64,000 bases of DNA. It comes from a virus. The position numbers and the translations under genes were made by a program. Under the pieces are notes generated by a model. That model worked only from the letters and a program-made list of their open reading frames with translations, did no database searches and was not told the origin of the DNA. This document shows positions 31,001 to 40,119 of this stretch, piece by piece. Location of the stretch: UHGV virus genome UHGV-1366603, one strand, 5' to 3'. Each line of letters starts with the position of its first letter. Position 1 is the first letter of the stretch.

Positions 31001-32207
31001 TGACACTCTGTCATTTATTGACGGTCTCGTACCGGATACCCTGATGGATGACGCTAAACGTCAAAACTTCGTTGGGATTCAGTTAGGTTCTGCCACCAGT
31101 TGCAACGGCGCTACCACTACCCCTTATCGTACCGAACAGGAGAAATTTGTCGCTCACCGTACGTCGGTGAAACACGCACGCGTTATTGATAAAGCAGGTA
31201 AAATCACCGGTCTGTCTAAAGACCATATCGAAATTACGTACGAAGATGGAAGTAAAGAAGCCTTTCCTCTAGGGCGCTGGTTCGGCCCCCACGAAGGTAC
31301 CTTCTATCCGCACACCCTGGTGACTCGCTGGAAAGCCGGTGACAAACTCCCGGCCGGGGCAGTCATCACCTATAACGAGCAACACTTTGAACCCGATATC
31401 TACGACCCTACTCAGGTTTCCTGGAAAAACGGGGTGCTGGCTACCGTCGCTCTAATCGAAGCTGAAGAAGTAATCGAAGACTCCAATGCTATTTCTGAAC
31501 GGTTCGCGAAGAAAATGGTTGGGCAGGTTACTAAGCTGAAAGAAGTGGTGATTAACAGCAACCAGATGCTCCTGGAAATCGTTAACGAAGGGGAACACGT
31601 TGACGTCGACACAATCCTATGCACATTTACTGACGACCTTACGGGGGATATGAGTACCTTTAGTAAGGAAGCAGCACAAACGTTGCAAAGTTTAAGTTCG
31701 TACGCGCCTCGTGCTGGGGTTCGTGGTATCGTGGATAAAATCGAAGTCGTGTATCACGGTGAAACCGAAGACATGACGCCTTCACTGGCAGAACTGGTAC
31801 GTAAATACGATCGCATTCGTCGTAAAGCAGCATTGGCTGTTAATCGTGGCGATCCGGTATCAGGGAGTGTTAATGGGGATTACCGTGTAGAGGGTGTACC
31901 GTTAGCCTTTAACTCGCTTTGTGTTCGATTCTTTATTACGCACGAAGTTGAAATGGCCGCAGCGGATAAGATGGTTATTGCTAACCAGCTGAAAACCACT
32001 GTACAAGAAGTGATGTACGGGGAAAACAAAACAGAAGATGGCGACGACATTGACATTTTGTTCGGTCGTGATTCTGTCGACGCACGTATCGTAGGTTCTA
32101 TCCAACGAATCGGTACCGCAAATGCTGTGGGTGAACAAGCAGGGATTCTTATCGGTCGTATTCTCGACGGCGAGTCCGTGCCTGAGTTACCAGCGACACT
32201 TAAATAA
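28041..32207 (+). CDS. putative RNA polymerase beta-like subunit fragment with long N-terminal extension (1,388 aa)
   Basis: Adjacent to the beta-prime fragment; region ITMGGTGGRNRK...VDNGDVGITAFATNNP loosely parallels beta GPGGLTRERAGFEVRD...PEGPNIGLINSL; weak call. Confidence 0.4.
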   Translation: MLLIKQFNQRFSVRKTDEFGNPRIIPLEKLQIPRGSILHVVDLDQVVLAPPATLEIIQPLEKPAQIRHHFKLPEEGISGHPRNKPVQGQERAIFAYHRANRPIRRLTSDDLVRKDLKVLLIENYTPMLSHYYYPDTQLAWYDRLRNIQLLMTNQFKYDTQEYMRQNYFVIELGSTLPSFQKFQTTYNDRVKSKIEKFQDFNLLWLLELFAWAYGKQSDSLFAGMDLTQLSRMNFIFTHNGGFTSMNMGVVEKMRKSSGGRLSDDQMARMFYRTLVRVMTQAPSNAYEAEFLTPEGDERIFVKDIEEETVDVADDGDVVNDAVVESDNAFDEKEDLVIEEPKEDVKPTTIVIEKTIAHDDIIKQEAQKLAEAGRLSSKAYQFLSDSTKRFVQLPNPYNPKETYGEALTIHEKDIAVKAEPKKVQRLVTDEGWAENVTDQMVKQYNQTMMSKDVLAAVASSQRLGLAIHNHTIEKEISVTGTIEHHTLRVQPIGGEPTTVRFSIPGLTEDGTWVANGVEYTMRRQRVDVPIRKVAPDTVALTTAYGKNFVRRSDKVANDYGRWLTNAIITRAVDPTNTEITDARLANVFDPTEKLPRQYTEIARRIASFNAGGYMWNFDYKEAVNFFNDEQLTDANNVEMLPVAKRPRSEVIVVMDTKSMLYTVKGKECTPLGTISEVLGFSNQKAPREMTELSLMGKSLSLGFIFSFYLGLQGMLKHFGIQYEIVPVGQRVDKSTYDSIIRLQDSKFLVTCDNDQQRMILHGLDKYLKHLVAYTESEVDREDIYLNLIRDADGLTPRYINELKQMRAAFVDDMHARILRKMGEPETFIGLLERSNELLQTDHSLPEINGDEMMFLGNQRISYHIYTALVRAMRNYNNAPNSNRKFELTQDMIWGAINSDPSVLLAPGANPIQSIKEKDVITMGGTGGRNRKTMVYHTREFQPSDLGIVSGNTVDNGDVGITAFATNNPRFDTVDGTTYKRDEKKLKPSDTLSFIDGLVPDTLMDDAKRQNFVGIQLGSATSCNGATTTPYRTEQEKFVAHRTSVKHARVIDKAGKITGLSKDHIEITYEDGSKEAFPLGRWFGPHEGTFYPHTLVTRWKAGDKLPAGAVITYNEQHFEPDIYDPTQVSWKNGVLATVALIEAEEVIEDSNAISERFAKKMVGQVTKLKEVVINSNQMLLEIVNEGEHVDVDTILCTFTDDLTGDMSTFSKEAAQTLQSLSSYAPRAGVRGIVDKIEVVYHGETEDMTPSLAELVRKYDRIRRKAALAVNRGDPVSGSVNGDYRVEGVPLAFNSLCVRFFITHEVEMAAADKMVIANQLKTTVQEVMYGENKTEDGDDIDILFGRDSVDARIVGSIQRIGTANAVGEQAGILIGRILDGESVPELPATLK

Positions 32208-32216
32208 TCTCAAGGG

Positions 32217-32238
32217 GTGGGTCGCTCCCACCCTGATA
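32217..32238 (+). other. hairpin without U-tract after the RNAP beta-like gene
   Basis: GGGTGGG-TCGCT-CCCACCC. Confidence 0.35.
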
Positions 32239-32254
32239 AACTCCGGAGTAGAGA

Positions 32255-32548
32255 ATGTCTATTTTAGATAAAATCAAACAGCGACACGGTATTCCGACTG
32301 GGAAAAATATTACCCAGCAAAGCGTGGAGGGCTATAGCCCTATCCAACGTACTAACTACGTGTCTTTGGGCAACACGGTTGAACTGACAACGGAAATCGT
32401 GCACGGCTTGATTCGTGGCAATTCTGGAATGTCTGACCGTATCGGCGATCAGAAACTGCTGAAACGCGATATCGCTGACCTGGTGGGAGCTCGTTTGTAC
32501 ACGAAGCTTCAGGATGCCGTCACCACCAATAATGAGGTTAAACAATGA
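32255..32548 (+). CDS. hypothetical protein (97 aa)
   Basis: GGAG RBS. Confidence 0.45.
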   Translation: MSILDKIKQRHGIPTGKNITQQSVEGYSPIQRTNYVSLGNTVELTTEIVHGLIRGNSGMSDRIGDQKLLKRDIADLVGARLYTKLQDAVTTNNEVKQ

Positions 32549-34005
32549 TCAGTTTATACTCGCTGAACGCAGTTACCAACGCCATGAAGCTGTGCAAACA
32601 GCACAACATTCAACTCGGCACCGACGTTGACTCTCCGGTTGACCTGTTAAACCGTGCGGTAGATCCATCTCGTGTTTTTGACACCACCATTACTGACGAA
32701 CAGTTCTTCCAGGAACTGCCAGCAATCACTCAGCTGAAACGTCCGACGGAGGCAACGTCAGAAGCGTCCGTTATCCGTGACGGTGCCATTGAGCCAGAAG
32801 CGCTGCGTGTTGACGATCATGAAACTACGCTGTTCGAACTGAAGAACATGGCGATTCAACGCTGCAACGGGATGCTTGATTTCGCCCGTAACGTGGTACA
32901 GCCGTTCGTTCAGTTGGTTATTCAGAACAACGTTATCGACGAAGTTAAACCGTTGGTAGAAGACTGGAACCTGATTCCGGTGGGCATCGACAGCTGTGTT
33001 GATTCTCCGGTTGTCCAGGCGCTGGTTCAGGAAATCGCTAACCCGATGGGTAACGGAACGACTTACGACCCGATTAATTTCGACGTTCCAACCAACATCG
33101 AAATCCCAGAAACCGGTGTTAAGGCGTACGACGAGTTAGTACGTAGCCTGCTTAACGATTTGGACATTAGCATCTACGATGCAGCTAAACTGATCCTGGC
33201 CGGTAACAATACCGTACCGGTTGCAAGCAACGCACCGATGATCCTAAAAGAGCGTGTGCTGGTACTGCTGCTGTCTTCCTACTACATCGAACGTCCTTGG
33301 CCTGACTCAGGCGTTGACGCGTTGAAGTGGAAAGCAGAAATGGGTCGTGCCTACTACACCTCTATCGGTTGGGTTTACGGTTTTGAAAAAGAAATCCTGA
33401 ACCGTGTCGCGACAGGTAACATCATCTACAGCTACGACACTGATAAGAAAGACGTGTACATCTGTCAGGAAACGATGGATGACTATCTGTCTAAAGGTGG
33501 TATCGTTGAAGGTCTGCTGGGTGCTATCTATCTGATGGACGAAGGTGACTATAACGTTTCTGCCCGTGTTCCTTCGCTGCTGGAAAACCAGAATGCGTAC
33601 GTCGATGCTTATAACCGTCGTGCGATTATCACGCAGAAGAAAAACGAGCAGGACTGGGTAACACGTAACCGTCAGTCGCTGAAAACGGCATTCTCTCTGG
33701 CTATCGACCAGCTCGACCAGGGTTATTTCGATGACGGAGAAGACCAGCGTACGCGTGAAGATGTGAAGCGTTGGGTCATGGCAAGTTGCGACACCTTCTT
33801 TAGCAATGCCGATGACGACATCACGCTCTTTATTATCCAAACCGCGTGTAATGACGTGTTCCGCGTATGGGAAATTGCCCCACTGATGCGCACTATTCAC
33901 CAGGCGATGGTGGATAACCAAGACCCGTCACAAGCAGCAACCAGTTGGATGATTGACTACGTTCTGGACTGGATTTCAGGTTCTGTGTTTGTTGACAAAC
34001 TCTAA
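32545..34005 (+). CDS. hypothetical protein (486 aa)
   Basis: ATGA overlap; GAGG RBS. Confidence 0.5.
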   Translation: MISLYSLNAVTNAMKLCKQHNIQLGTDVDSPVDLLNRAVDPSRVFDTTITDEQFFQELPAITQLKRPTEATSEASVIRDGAIEPEALRVDDHETTLFELKNMAIQRCNGMLDFARNVVQPFVQLVIQNNVIDEVKPLVEDWNLIPVGIDSCVDSPVVQALVQEIANPMGNGTTYDPINFDVPTNIEIPETGVKAYDELVRSLLNDLDISIYDAAKLILAGNNTVPVASNAPMILKERVLVLLLSSYYIERPWPDSGVDALKWKAEMGRAYYTSIGWVYGFEKEILNRVATGNIIYSYDTDKKDVYICQETMDDYLSKGGIVEGLLGAIYLMDEGDYNVSARVPSLLENQNAYVDAYNRRAIITQKKNEQDWVTRNRQSLKTAFSLAIDQLDQGYFDDGEDQRTREDVKRWVMASCDTFFSNADDDITLFIIQTACNDVFRVWEIAPLMRTIHQAMVDNQDPSQAATSWMIDYVLDWISGSVFVDKL

Positions 34006-34022
34006 TGCAATAGGAGGTGATC

Positions 34023-34751
34023 GTGAGTGCGATTGAAACAGCCCGTCGTGATCCCACTAAGATTCATGCGGACTTGGTAAATAACGGCACGGTCACCACT
34101 ACCAAAGGGGGATGTTACATTTACATCCCCGTTGGGTTTGTGGCGAAAGAGTTGGCGGTTATTTCTTCTACGGTAACGATTGTAGGTATTTTTGCTATCT
34201 CAACGGACCGTAAAACTTACGGGGTTTCCAGTGTCACAACACTGATTGAGATTACCCCAACGGCGTTTGAAGAGATTGACGTCTTTGGCGTCCCTTATTA
34301 CGAATTTCGTTTTGACCCCGGCACAGTGGTTTTCCCCAACCGCAATTTACAGGTGTTGTCCGCACCGATATACAACATTGCGTCGTATATTTACGACTTT
34401 GGTAACCGTCCTTTCTGGTTTACCGCTTACGACGATGCTGAACTGTTAGCACCGGATAAGGTAAAGCGATGGAACGGTTTTACTGTATTTGCCGATCAGA
34501 TTACCGCTGACGTTTATGCTGCACACACGCAGCGTAAAGTGGGTGATCCAAAAACGTTTTTCCGTTATACCTTGAAAAAAGACAGTGACTTAAACAACCC
34601 TGTCCAATTCATCCCACTACGTAGTGGGTCTCTTAACAAAACGTCGAGACTGGCGAAGCTTGCTGACGTAGAACTGAAACGTGGTATTCGTTCTGCGCTA
34701 CAAGTTGACCCGGTACGTGCCGAACCGCTCGAAGATTTGTTTATGAGGTAA
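34023..34751 (+). CDS. hypothetical protein (~242 aa)
   Basis: GTG at 34023 chosen for spacing to AGGAGG RBS; start uncertain (34017 possible). Confidence 0.45.
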   Translation: MSAIETARRDPTKIHADLVNNGTVTTTKGGCYIYIPVGFVAKELAVISSTVTIVGIFAISTDRKTYGVSSVTTLIEITPTAFEEIDVFGVPYYEFRFDPGTVVFPNRNLQVLSAPIYNIASYIYDFGNRPFWFTAYDDAELLAPDKVKRWNGFTVFADQITADVYAAHTQRKVGDPKTFFRYTLKKDSDLNNPVQFIPLRSGSLNKTSRLAKLADVELKRGIRSALQVDPVRAEPLEDLFMR

Positions 34752-34782
34752 TTTACCTTTTTACTTTCACTCGGGGAAAACA

Positions 34783-35586
34783 ATGGACAACTTGACCCTA
34801 CGTTACAATTGCGTAGCGTTAGCCGGTGTTAATGCTCCAGCTACTCTGGAGAAAGACGCGGATGGTTATTACCGCGTATTATTGGGTGCTCTGAATATTT
34901 TTAACTCGGAAGGTATTTTCTACGCCTATAACGAGTCTAAGCACGTATTCGAACGCTCTAACATTTTCATGCGTAAAGTAAAAGCCGGTAACCTGTTCGG
35001 GGAAGAAGACCACCCTGCACCAGAACCGGGAATGACCGAAGCGCAGTGGATTGACCGTAACGAGTGGATTGAGACGAAAAACGTCTGTATGCACATTCGT
35101 GAAGTTGAAGTTATTCCGACCGACCAGACCTGTAATGGTTTGCCGGTAATGGAAATCTGGGGCTGGATTAAACCGAACCGTGAACGTGGTCCGTATCTGG
35201 CAGAAGCGTTAGAGAATCCACATCAAAACGTTTGCTTCTCTCTGCGTGCTATCGTACGTGAAGGGTATGTTGGTGGAGTGAAAACGCGTCGTCTGGATCG
35301 TCTGGTCACCTTCGACTGGGTTATCGAAGATGGGCTTCAGATTTGCAACAAATACTCCGCGATTCAGCGTGGTAGCAAAGTGGCTCAGGAATCTACCCGT
35401 GTCCTGCTGGACCGCCGTGTGTCGCTTCAGGCGCTGGAAGACATCCTGCGTAACCCAAACACCACTTCAACTATCGCAACGGAATCTCGTCGCGGCGAAG
35501 TCCGTGCTTTGGCTCAGGAGTATCTGGCAATTGCCAACAAACGCACTAACCTGCGTGTTATGGGCTTAGGGAACGGGAAGTGGTAA
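34783..35586 (+). CDS. hypothetical protein (267 aa)
   Basis: GGGGA RBS. Confidence 0.5.
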   Translation: MDNLTLRYNCVALAGVNAPATLEKDADGYYRVLLGALNIFNSEGIFYAYNESKHVFERSNIFMRKVKAGNLFGEEDHPAPEPGMTEAQWIDRNEWIETKNVCMHIREVEVIPTDQTCNGLPVMEIWGWIKPNRERGPYLAEALENPHQNVCFSLRAIVREGYVGGVKTRRLDRLVTFDWVIEDGLQICNKYSAIQRGSKVAQESTRVLLDRRVSLQALEDILRNPNTTSTIATESRRGEVRALAQEYLAIANKRTNLRVMGLGNGKW

Positions 35587-36225
35587 ATGGCTGATAATGT
35601 CGAACCTTCGCTGGTAAAGTGGTTGGAGCAACAGTTGCCACGTACCGCGAAAAAAGTTTCGTTGAAAAAACTGGATACCGCTCCACTCCACATCAGCGAT
35701 AAAAAAATCCCGGTCTTTACGCCCAGGATTCCTCATAGCGTTTACAGCGACGAAGACAAAACGGTTCCTCGTATTTGTTGTTCTGTCGATTTAGAAAAAT
35801 GTTTGCGCGGCGTTCGACGTTACTTCGTACCGAGTCCTTATGAGGACCTGAGACACCGTTACTATCTTCATGCATTTGATGAGCGTGACGTTGTTCAACC
35901 ATCGGTAGAACTCTCAAGTGAACCTTTCCGTGCGAACGAGGTTTGGATTGTTCCACATCGTTTATCGAACTGGGAAATCAAACCCACCGTTATCGGTGAG
36001 TTACGCTTAGTTCGATTAGCAGATAACGGATATAAACACACACTCGCTGTTGCATTACACGAAGACGTTCGTTTAAACAATAACCAGCTGTTAAAGGCAG
36101 GTAAGTTTTACGAAATCACGGTGACTATCTCTGAACGGGAACCGTTGATTGTTGTTAGTGATGCGACAGAAATCTCGCGTGGTATTTTTGACGCTGCGTT
36201 AAACGAATACACTGTAACTCCATAA
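35587..36225 (+). CDS. hypothetical protein (212 aa)
   Basis: Tightly follows the upstream gene. Confidence 0.5.
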   Translation: MADNVEPSLVKWLEQQLPRTAKKVSLKKLDTAPLHISDKKIPVFTPRIPHSVYSDEDKTVPRICCSVDLEKCLRGVRRYFVPSPYEDLRHRYYLHAFDERDVVQPSVELSSEPFRANEVWIVPHRLSNWEIKPTVIGELRLVRLADNGYKHTLAVALHEDVRLNNNQLLKAGKFYEITVTISEREPLIVVSDATEISRGIFDAALNEYTVTP

Positions 36226-36274
36226 TCGCCCAGTTCATGGTCTGCAACCCGAATTTGTCGATTGTGAGGGAAGC

Positions 36275-36574
36275 ATGAAAGTGGTTAACATTGCCATACC
36301 TCCGACTTTGCAAACTTTAACGCCTGAGGAATTGAAAGCGCTAACGATCTTTGCCGTCCAAGGACGTGCAGGAAAGGAAGTGCTTTCCGAAATACTCGCT
36401 GAACGTTTCGACACCAAACGTAAAGTAAACAACATTGTCGCAGGTATTTCACAACAAGATATCGCAAAGTTTTATTGCGACGTCCGTAAAGCCGGAGCCG
36501 AAATCGACTTTACGCGCACGTATCTCTTGTTAACTGAACCTTGTCGGTTCATTCTTTCGATTAAGCAGTCTTAA
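36275..36574 (+). CDS. hypothetical protein (99 aa)
   Basis: GAGGGA RBS. Confidence 0.45.
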   Translation: MKVVNIAIPPTLQTLTPEELKALTIFAVQGRAGKEVLSEILAERFDTKRKVNNIVAGISQQDIAKFYCDVRKAGAEIDFTRTYLLLTEPCRFILSIKQS

Positions 36575-36631
36575 TTTTTACAATTTCTACCGTTTACTGT
36601 GTCGGAGGAAAATTACAAAGGATAACCAAAT

Positions 36632-37183
36632 ATGTTTAATTTAGACAGCGACGGCGTTTTCGCAAACTGGCGTGGTTACGTTTTGGAACACCACCTTAAA
36701 GGAATGAGTATACAAGAATTTCACGGAATGCCAGAGTTGCATCGTCGTGCTTTGATGCGGGAAATCTATTTAAAAGACCCGGATCTTTTTTATAAACTAG
36801 ACCCGATACCCGAGGCCATTAAAATCCTCGAAACAGTAGAAAGTCTGGGAGAATGTTGGGCGATTTTAACGTCAGGTTCAGAAGATCATTTCGACCACGA
36901 CCGTGTTGTAGAAAGCAAAAAATTATTCTTCGAAAAACACTTCGGTGTCCCTGGCCATAAAGTCATCGTGACAACTTCCTCTGCGGAGAAAGCGACCTAC
37001 GCGGAGAAGGGAAGATTGTTGGTGGACGATTATGGTCGTAATTGCCGTGAGTGGGTGTTAAAGGGCGGGACCGCAATTTATACGCGGACGAACGAACCTG
37101 AGGTCGATGCGATTTGCCGACAAATCAGGACGTTTGCAGAAAGTCCCTTAGAATACTCAGGTCAAATTTTGTGCGTGCAGTAA
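36632..37183 (+). CDS. putative HAD-superfamily 5'(3')-deoxyribonucleotidase-like phosphatase
   Basis: N-terminal FNLDSDGV matches HAD motif I DxDG[TV]; later LVDDYG matches motif IV; AAAGGA RBS. Confidence 0.5.
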   Translation: MFNLDSDGVFANWRGYVLEHHLKGMSIQEFHGMPELHRRALMREIYLKDPDLFYKLDPIPEAIKILETVESLGECWAILTSGSEDHFDHDRVVESKKLFFEKHFGVPGHKVIVTTSSAEKATYAEKGRLLVDDYGRNCREWVLKGGTAIYTRTNEPEVDAICRQIRTFAESPLEYSGQILCVQ

Positions 37184-37190
37184 AACCTTT

Positions 37191-37233
37191 CGGGTAGTCT
37201 ATCCAATGGATAGACTACCCTACTTATTTTTTA
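37191..37233 (+). terminator. intrinsic terminator with 13-bp stem
   Basis: GGGTAGTCTATCC-AAT-GGATAGACTACCC followed by a T-run. Confidence 0.65.
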
Positions 37234-37258
37234 ACCCTATTGAAAAATATCTTAGATA

Positions 37259-37274
37259 TATATTACTTAGGTGA
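37259..37274 (+). promoter_or_regulatory. variant of the conserved promoter-like motif (ATATTAC-N4-GTGA)
   Basis: TATATTAC-TTAG-GTGA about 53 nt upstream of the 37327 start. Confidence 0.35.
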
Positions 37275-37326
37275 GCGTTGTAGAATTACACGCTATTCGA
37301 CTTGTTAACCTAAAGGAGTATTAAAG

Positions 37327-37716
37327 ATGAAAAACGAATTATTCAAAGACCCGTTTGTTGTACTAATGATTTCTACTCGTGCAATCATGCGTCCAGATGA
37401 CCTGGAACGATTAATTACAGATGTGGCTTATCTGTGCGAGCAACGTGACAAACTACTGAACAAAGAATGTCCTTGCGAAAGCATCGGACGTCTGGTGACT
37501 ATCTTTCGTAATCCCGACTGGCGTAGAAACAATGAATTGTCTGATATCTTGAGTGTTTCGCTTGCAAAACTGGCGATGCTGTTCTCTCTCGATAAAGATC
37601 TTAAACAGTGTCTTTCCACATCGGAACGCATCGAACTATTTGAAGGTATTCGGGAATCCGTTAAACGAATTAACGCCATCAGAAACAATTGGATGCTTTC
37701 TAGCGTAGGTAGCTAA
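37327..37716 (+). CDS. hypothetical protein (129 aa)
   Basis: AAAGGAG RBS. Confidence 0.5.
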   Translation: MKNELFKDPFVVLMISTRAIMRPDDLERLITDVAYLCEQRDKLLNKECPCESIGRLVTIFRNPDWRRNNELSDILSVSLAKLAMLFSLDKDLKQCLSTSERIELFEGIRESVKRINAIRNNWMLSSVGS

Positions 37717-37717
37717 G

Positions 37718-38107
37718 ATGGAATGGTCAAAAGAACTTATCGAGGTCTGTCGTGACCCGTTCACACTGTGGTTGTTGTGCAGCCTACGACGTGACGACAG
37801 ATTCTATACTTTCGTCAAAGACCCACAGGCGTTGACCAATCACGTAGAACGTGAGGAGACGCGTTTAGAGACGCTTAAAGAGGAAAGTAATACCCTAGAA
37901 CCAGCTGATGCGTTTTATGTCCGTATGATGTCTCCTACGTGGCGTAATGCGCATCGGTTAAAGGCACCGACGTTAGCAGACATGGTGCAAGAACTTGCCC
38001 GAGCTGTGAGTTCTGACCATCTGCTCTATCGGAATATCATTCAACAACCTGACAGTTGGCACGACTTACGTCTGATGTTAATCCGCTGTCAGTTCACATT
38101 CTCCTAA
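37718..38107 (+). CDS. hypothetical protein (129 aa)
   Basis: Immediately follows the upstream gene. Confidence 0.5.
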   Translation: MEWSKELIEVCRDPFTLWLLCSLRRDDRFYTFVKDPQALTNHVEREETRLETLKEESNTLEPADAFYVRMMSPTWRNAHRLKAPTLADMVQELARAVSSDHLLYRNIIQQPDSWHDLRLMLIRCQFTFS

Positions 38108-38128
38108 TCGACATGTAAGGTTTTATAA

Positions 38129-38800
38129 ATGGAAGCTATCGAAATTAACAAATTCTGGGAACAGGTCATTGCGCAATTCCGCGATTTCTATCGCTACACA
38201 GACAGCGCCCACCGTATCGACCACATCCAGTCAGTAAAGTCTAATGCCATCCGTATTGCTTATCTGCTGGGTGAGTCTAAGCACCTTAAAAATATCCTGG
38301 TCGCTGTGGCAGCACATGACATATTCTCAACTAAAGCCGATCGTGCTTCTCATCACATCAAAGCCTTCAACTACGTTCTGGATTCTGCACCGATTCTAAA
38401 ACGTCGCTTTAAGCTTACCTGTGATGACGTTACCGAGATAGCTTACGCGGTACTAGAACATCGCAGTTCACACAAAGGCGGGTACAACTCTATCGTATCC
38501 GAAATTGTCGCGGCTGCGGATCGTGGTATCCCTTCTATCGATGAAGTGAAAAATTACATGTACCGCTCTTACTTATACGCACGTGACCATGGAAAATCCA
38601 TTACCGATTCGAAGTTCCATGCGATACGTCACGTACAAGAAAAGTTCGGTCGTAATGGCAAATCTCGCGTTCCAGAGTGGTACGAGAAACTCTTCGCAAA
38701 AGAGATTCTGGAACGTCAAGAGTACGTAGAGATGCTCGGCCTCGAGCACTTTACTTTTGAAATCACCAACGACTTAGAAAGTCGTATCCAAAACCAGTAA
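38129..38800 (+). CDS. putative HD-domain phosphohydrolase
   Basis: H...HD...D pattern (HRIDH, VAVAAHDIFS); weak call. Confidence 0.35.
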   Translation: MEAIEINKFWEQVIAQFRDFYRYTDSAHRIDHIQSVKSNAIRIAYLLGESKHLKNILVAVAAHDIFSTKADRASHHIKAFNYVLDSAPILKRRFKLTCDDVTEIAYAVLEHRSSHKGGYNSIVSEIVAAADRGIPSIDEVKNYMYRSYLYARDHGKSITDSKFHAIRHVQEKFGRNGKSRVPEWYEKLFAKEILERQEYVEMLGLEHFTFEITNDLESRIQNQ

Positions 38801-38821
38801 TAACCTGAAGGAATAAAACTA

Positions 38822-39304
38822 ATGGCTAAAGTAACTTCTATCAAAGACCTGGCTGCAATGATCGATGCACTGGAAACTCCAGCAATGACCATGAACGACG
38901 ACCTGGTGGTCAACGCTGACCCGATGGTAAAAATTTATGAAGAAACGCTGCCGGTTATCAAAGTTAACGATACTGACTATCGCTTAACGCTGAAAGACGC
39001 CGACGCGGTTCGTCAACACGATGCTAACTTCCTGGAAGTGTACGGGAAAGTCGCTTCTGGTCTGATTGTGGAAAAAGCGAAAGCCGATGCTGAGATGGCC
39101 GCGATGGACATCACCACCGAAATCGGTAACGCATCGTTCTCCACGGTGTTCTCTCGCCCGACCGGGGACACCATCAGCCAGAAAGAATGGGCTGCATCCA
39201 TCGGTTTCGGTTACGGTGTGCCGAAGTCTAAAGCACTGGAAGGCAAACTTCGTAAGCAATTCGCTGCGGACATGATGGCTTCCGATGACGAAGACGACGA
39301 ATAA
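38822..39304 (+). CDS. hypothetical protein with acidic C-terminal tail DDEDDE (160 aa)
   Basis: GAAGGA RBS; acidic tail reminiscent of SSB-type proteins (speculative). Confidence 0.5.
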   Translation: MAKVTSIKDLAAMIDALETPAMTMNDDLVVNADPMVKIYEETLPVIKVNDTDYRLTLKDADAVRQHDANFLEVYGKVASGLIVEKAKADAEMAAMDITTEIGNASFSTVFSRPTGDTISQKEWAASIGFGYGVPKSKALEGKLRKQFAADMMASDDEDDE

Positions 39305-39460
39305 GGTTGCGATACTCGGAGGGAAGGTAAAACATACCTATATCCCTCCTACACCGATTAACCCTACGGCCTGGCAGAATCCACTCTCCAGAACGTTAGG
39401 GTTACCTAAACCGATTGACGGTTTGGTGTATCTGTCGCATCGACGGAGAAAATAAAAGTT

Positions 39461-39493
39461 AAGGCGGTTTTATGACCGCCTTATTTTTTTTTG
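39461..39493 (+). terminator. intrinsic terminator
   Basis: AAGGCGGT-TTTATG-ACCGCCTT followed by T9. Confidence 0.7.
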
Positions 39494-39510
39494 ATCTCAG
39501 GAGATATAAA

Positions 39511-40071
39511 ATGTCAAATCCTAACCTTTTTGGTGGGCCTGTTACGCCAGGACATCAGATTGTCGACGATGTAAAACCGTTACCTAACGTCATGACGCGT
39601 ACTGAGGTTATTAATCGCCTAAACCAAATCGGTGAAGTTTTTACGCTGTCAATGAAATCTGTGCTGGAAGATGCGTTCCCACACATTGCAGGCTGGCCTG
39701 CTGAAACCATCCCCCACACCATCAACGGATACCAACGTTTCCTGACTGAAATCAGATCAACATCCTCAGGTAACGTTATCGCTGGTTTTGTTATTCGTTT
39801 CAAACAGTTACTGTTAATTGAATTCGGTAAGGACGTTATTGATTCTCTTGAACGTGAACTGGTTTCGTTACACGACAACGAAATCGTACGCAATGAAAAA
39901 GGTGAGGGTTCCAACGAATTAACGCTGTGGAAACTCGCTTATCCTGACGATATCACTAACACCCCACCGACCACTTACGATTTAATTTCAACCTTCCTGT
40001 TGCTGATGCAGATGAAAAACTTAATCATCCGTGCTTCCGCATCGAAAGTCCTGGGAACGGAAGAAAAATAA
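39511..40071 (+). CDS. hypothetical protein (186 aa)
   Basis: ATG at 39511 with AGGAGAT RBS preferred over the upstream ORF-track start, which lies inside the terminator. Confidence 0.5.
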   Translation: MSNPNLFGGPVTPGHQIVDDVKPLPNVMTRTEVINRLNQIGEVFTLSMKSVLEDAFPHIAGWPAETIPHTINGYQRFLTEIRSTSSGNVIAGFVIRFKQLLLIEFGKDVIDSLERELVSLHDNEIVRNEKGEGSNELTLWKLAYPDDITNTPPTTYDLISTFLLLMQMKNLIIRASASKVLGTEEK

Positions 40072-40075
40072 AAAA

Positions 40076-40119
40076 GTACCTACCTCCTTTACGGAGGTAG
40101 GTAAACTTATTTTTTTTTC
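40076..40119. terminator. bidirectional terminator, repeated hairpin family
   Basis: GTACCTACCTCC-TTTAC-GGAGGTAGGTA with T-runs on both sides. Confidence 0.65.
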
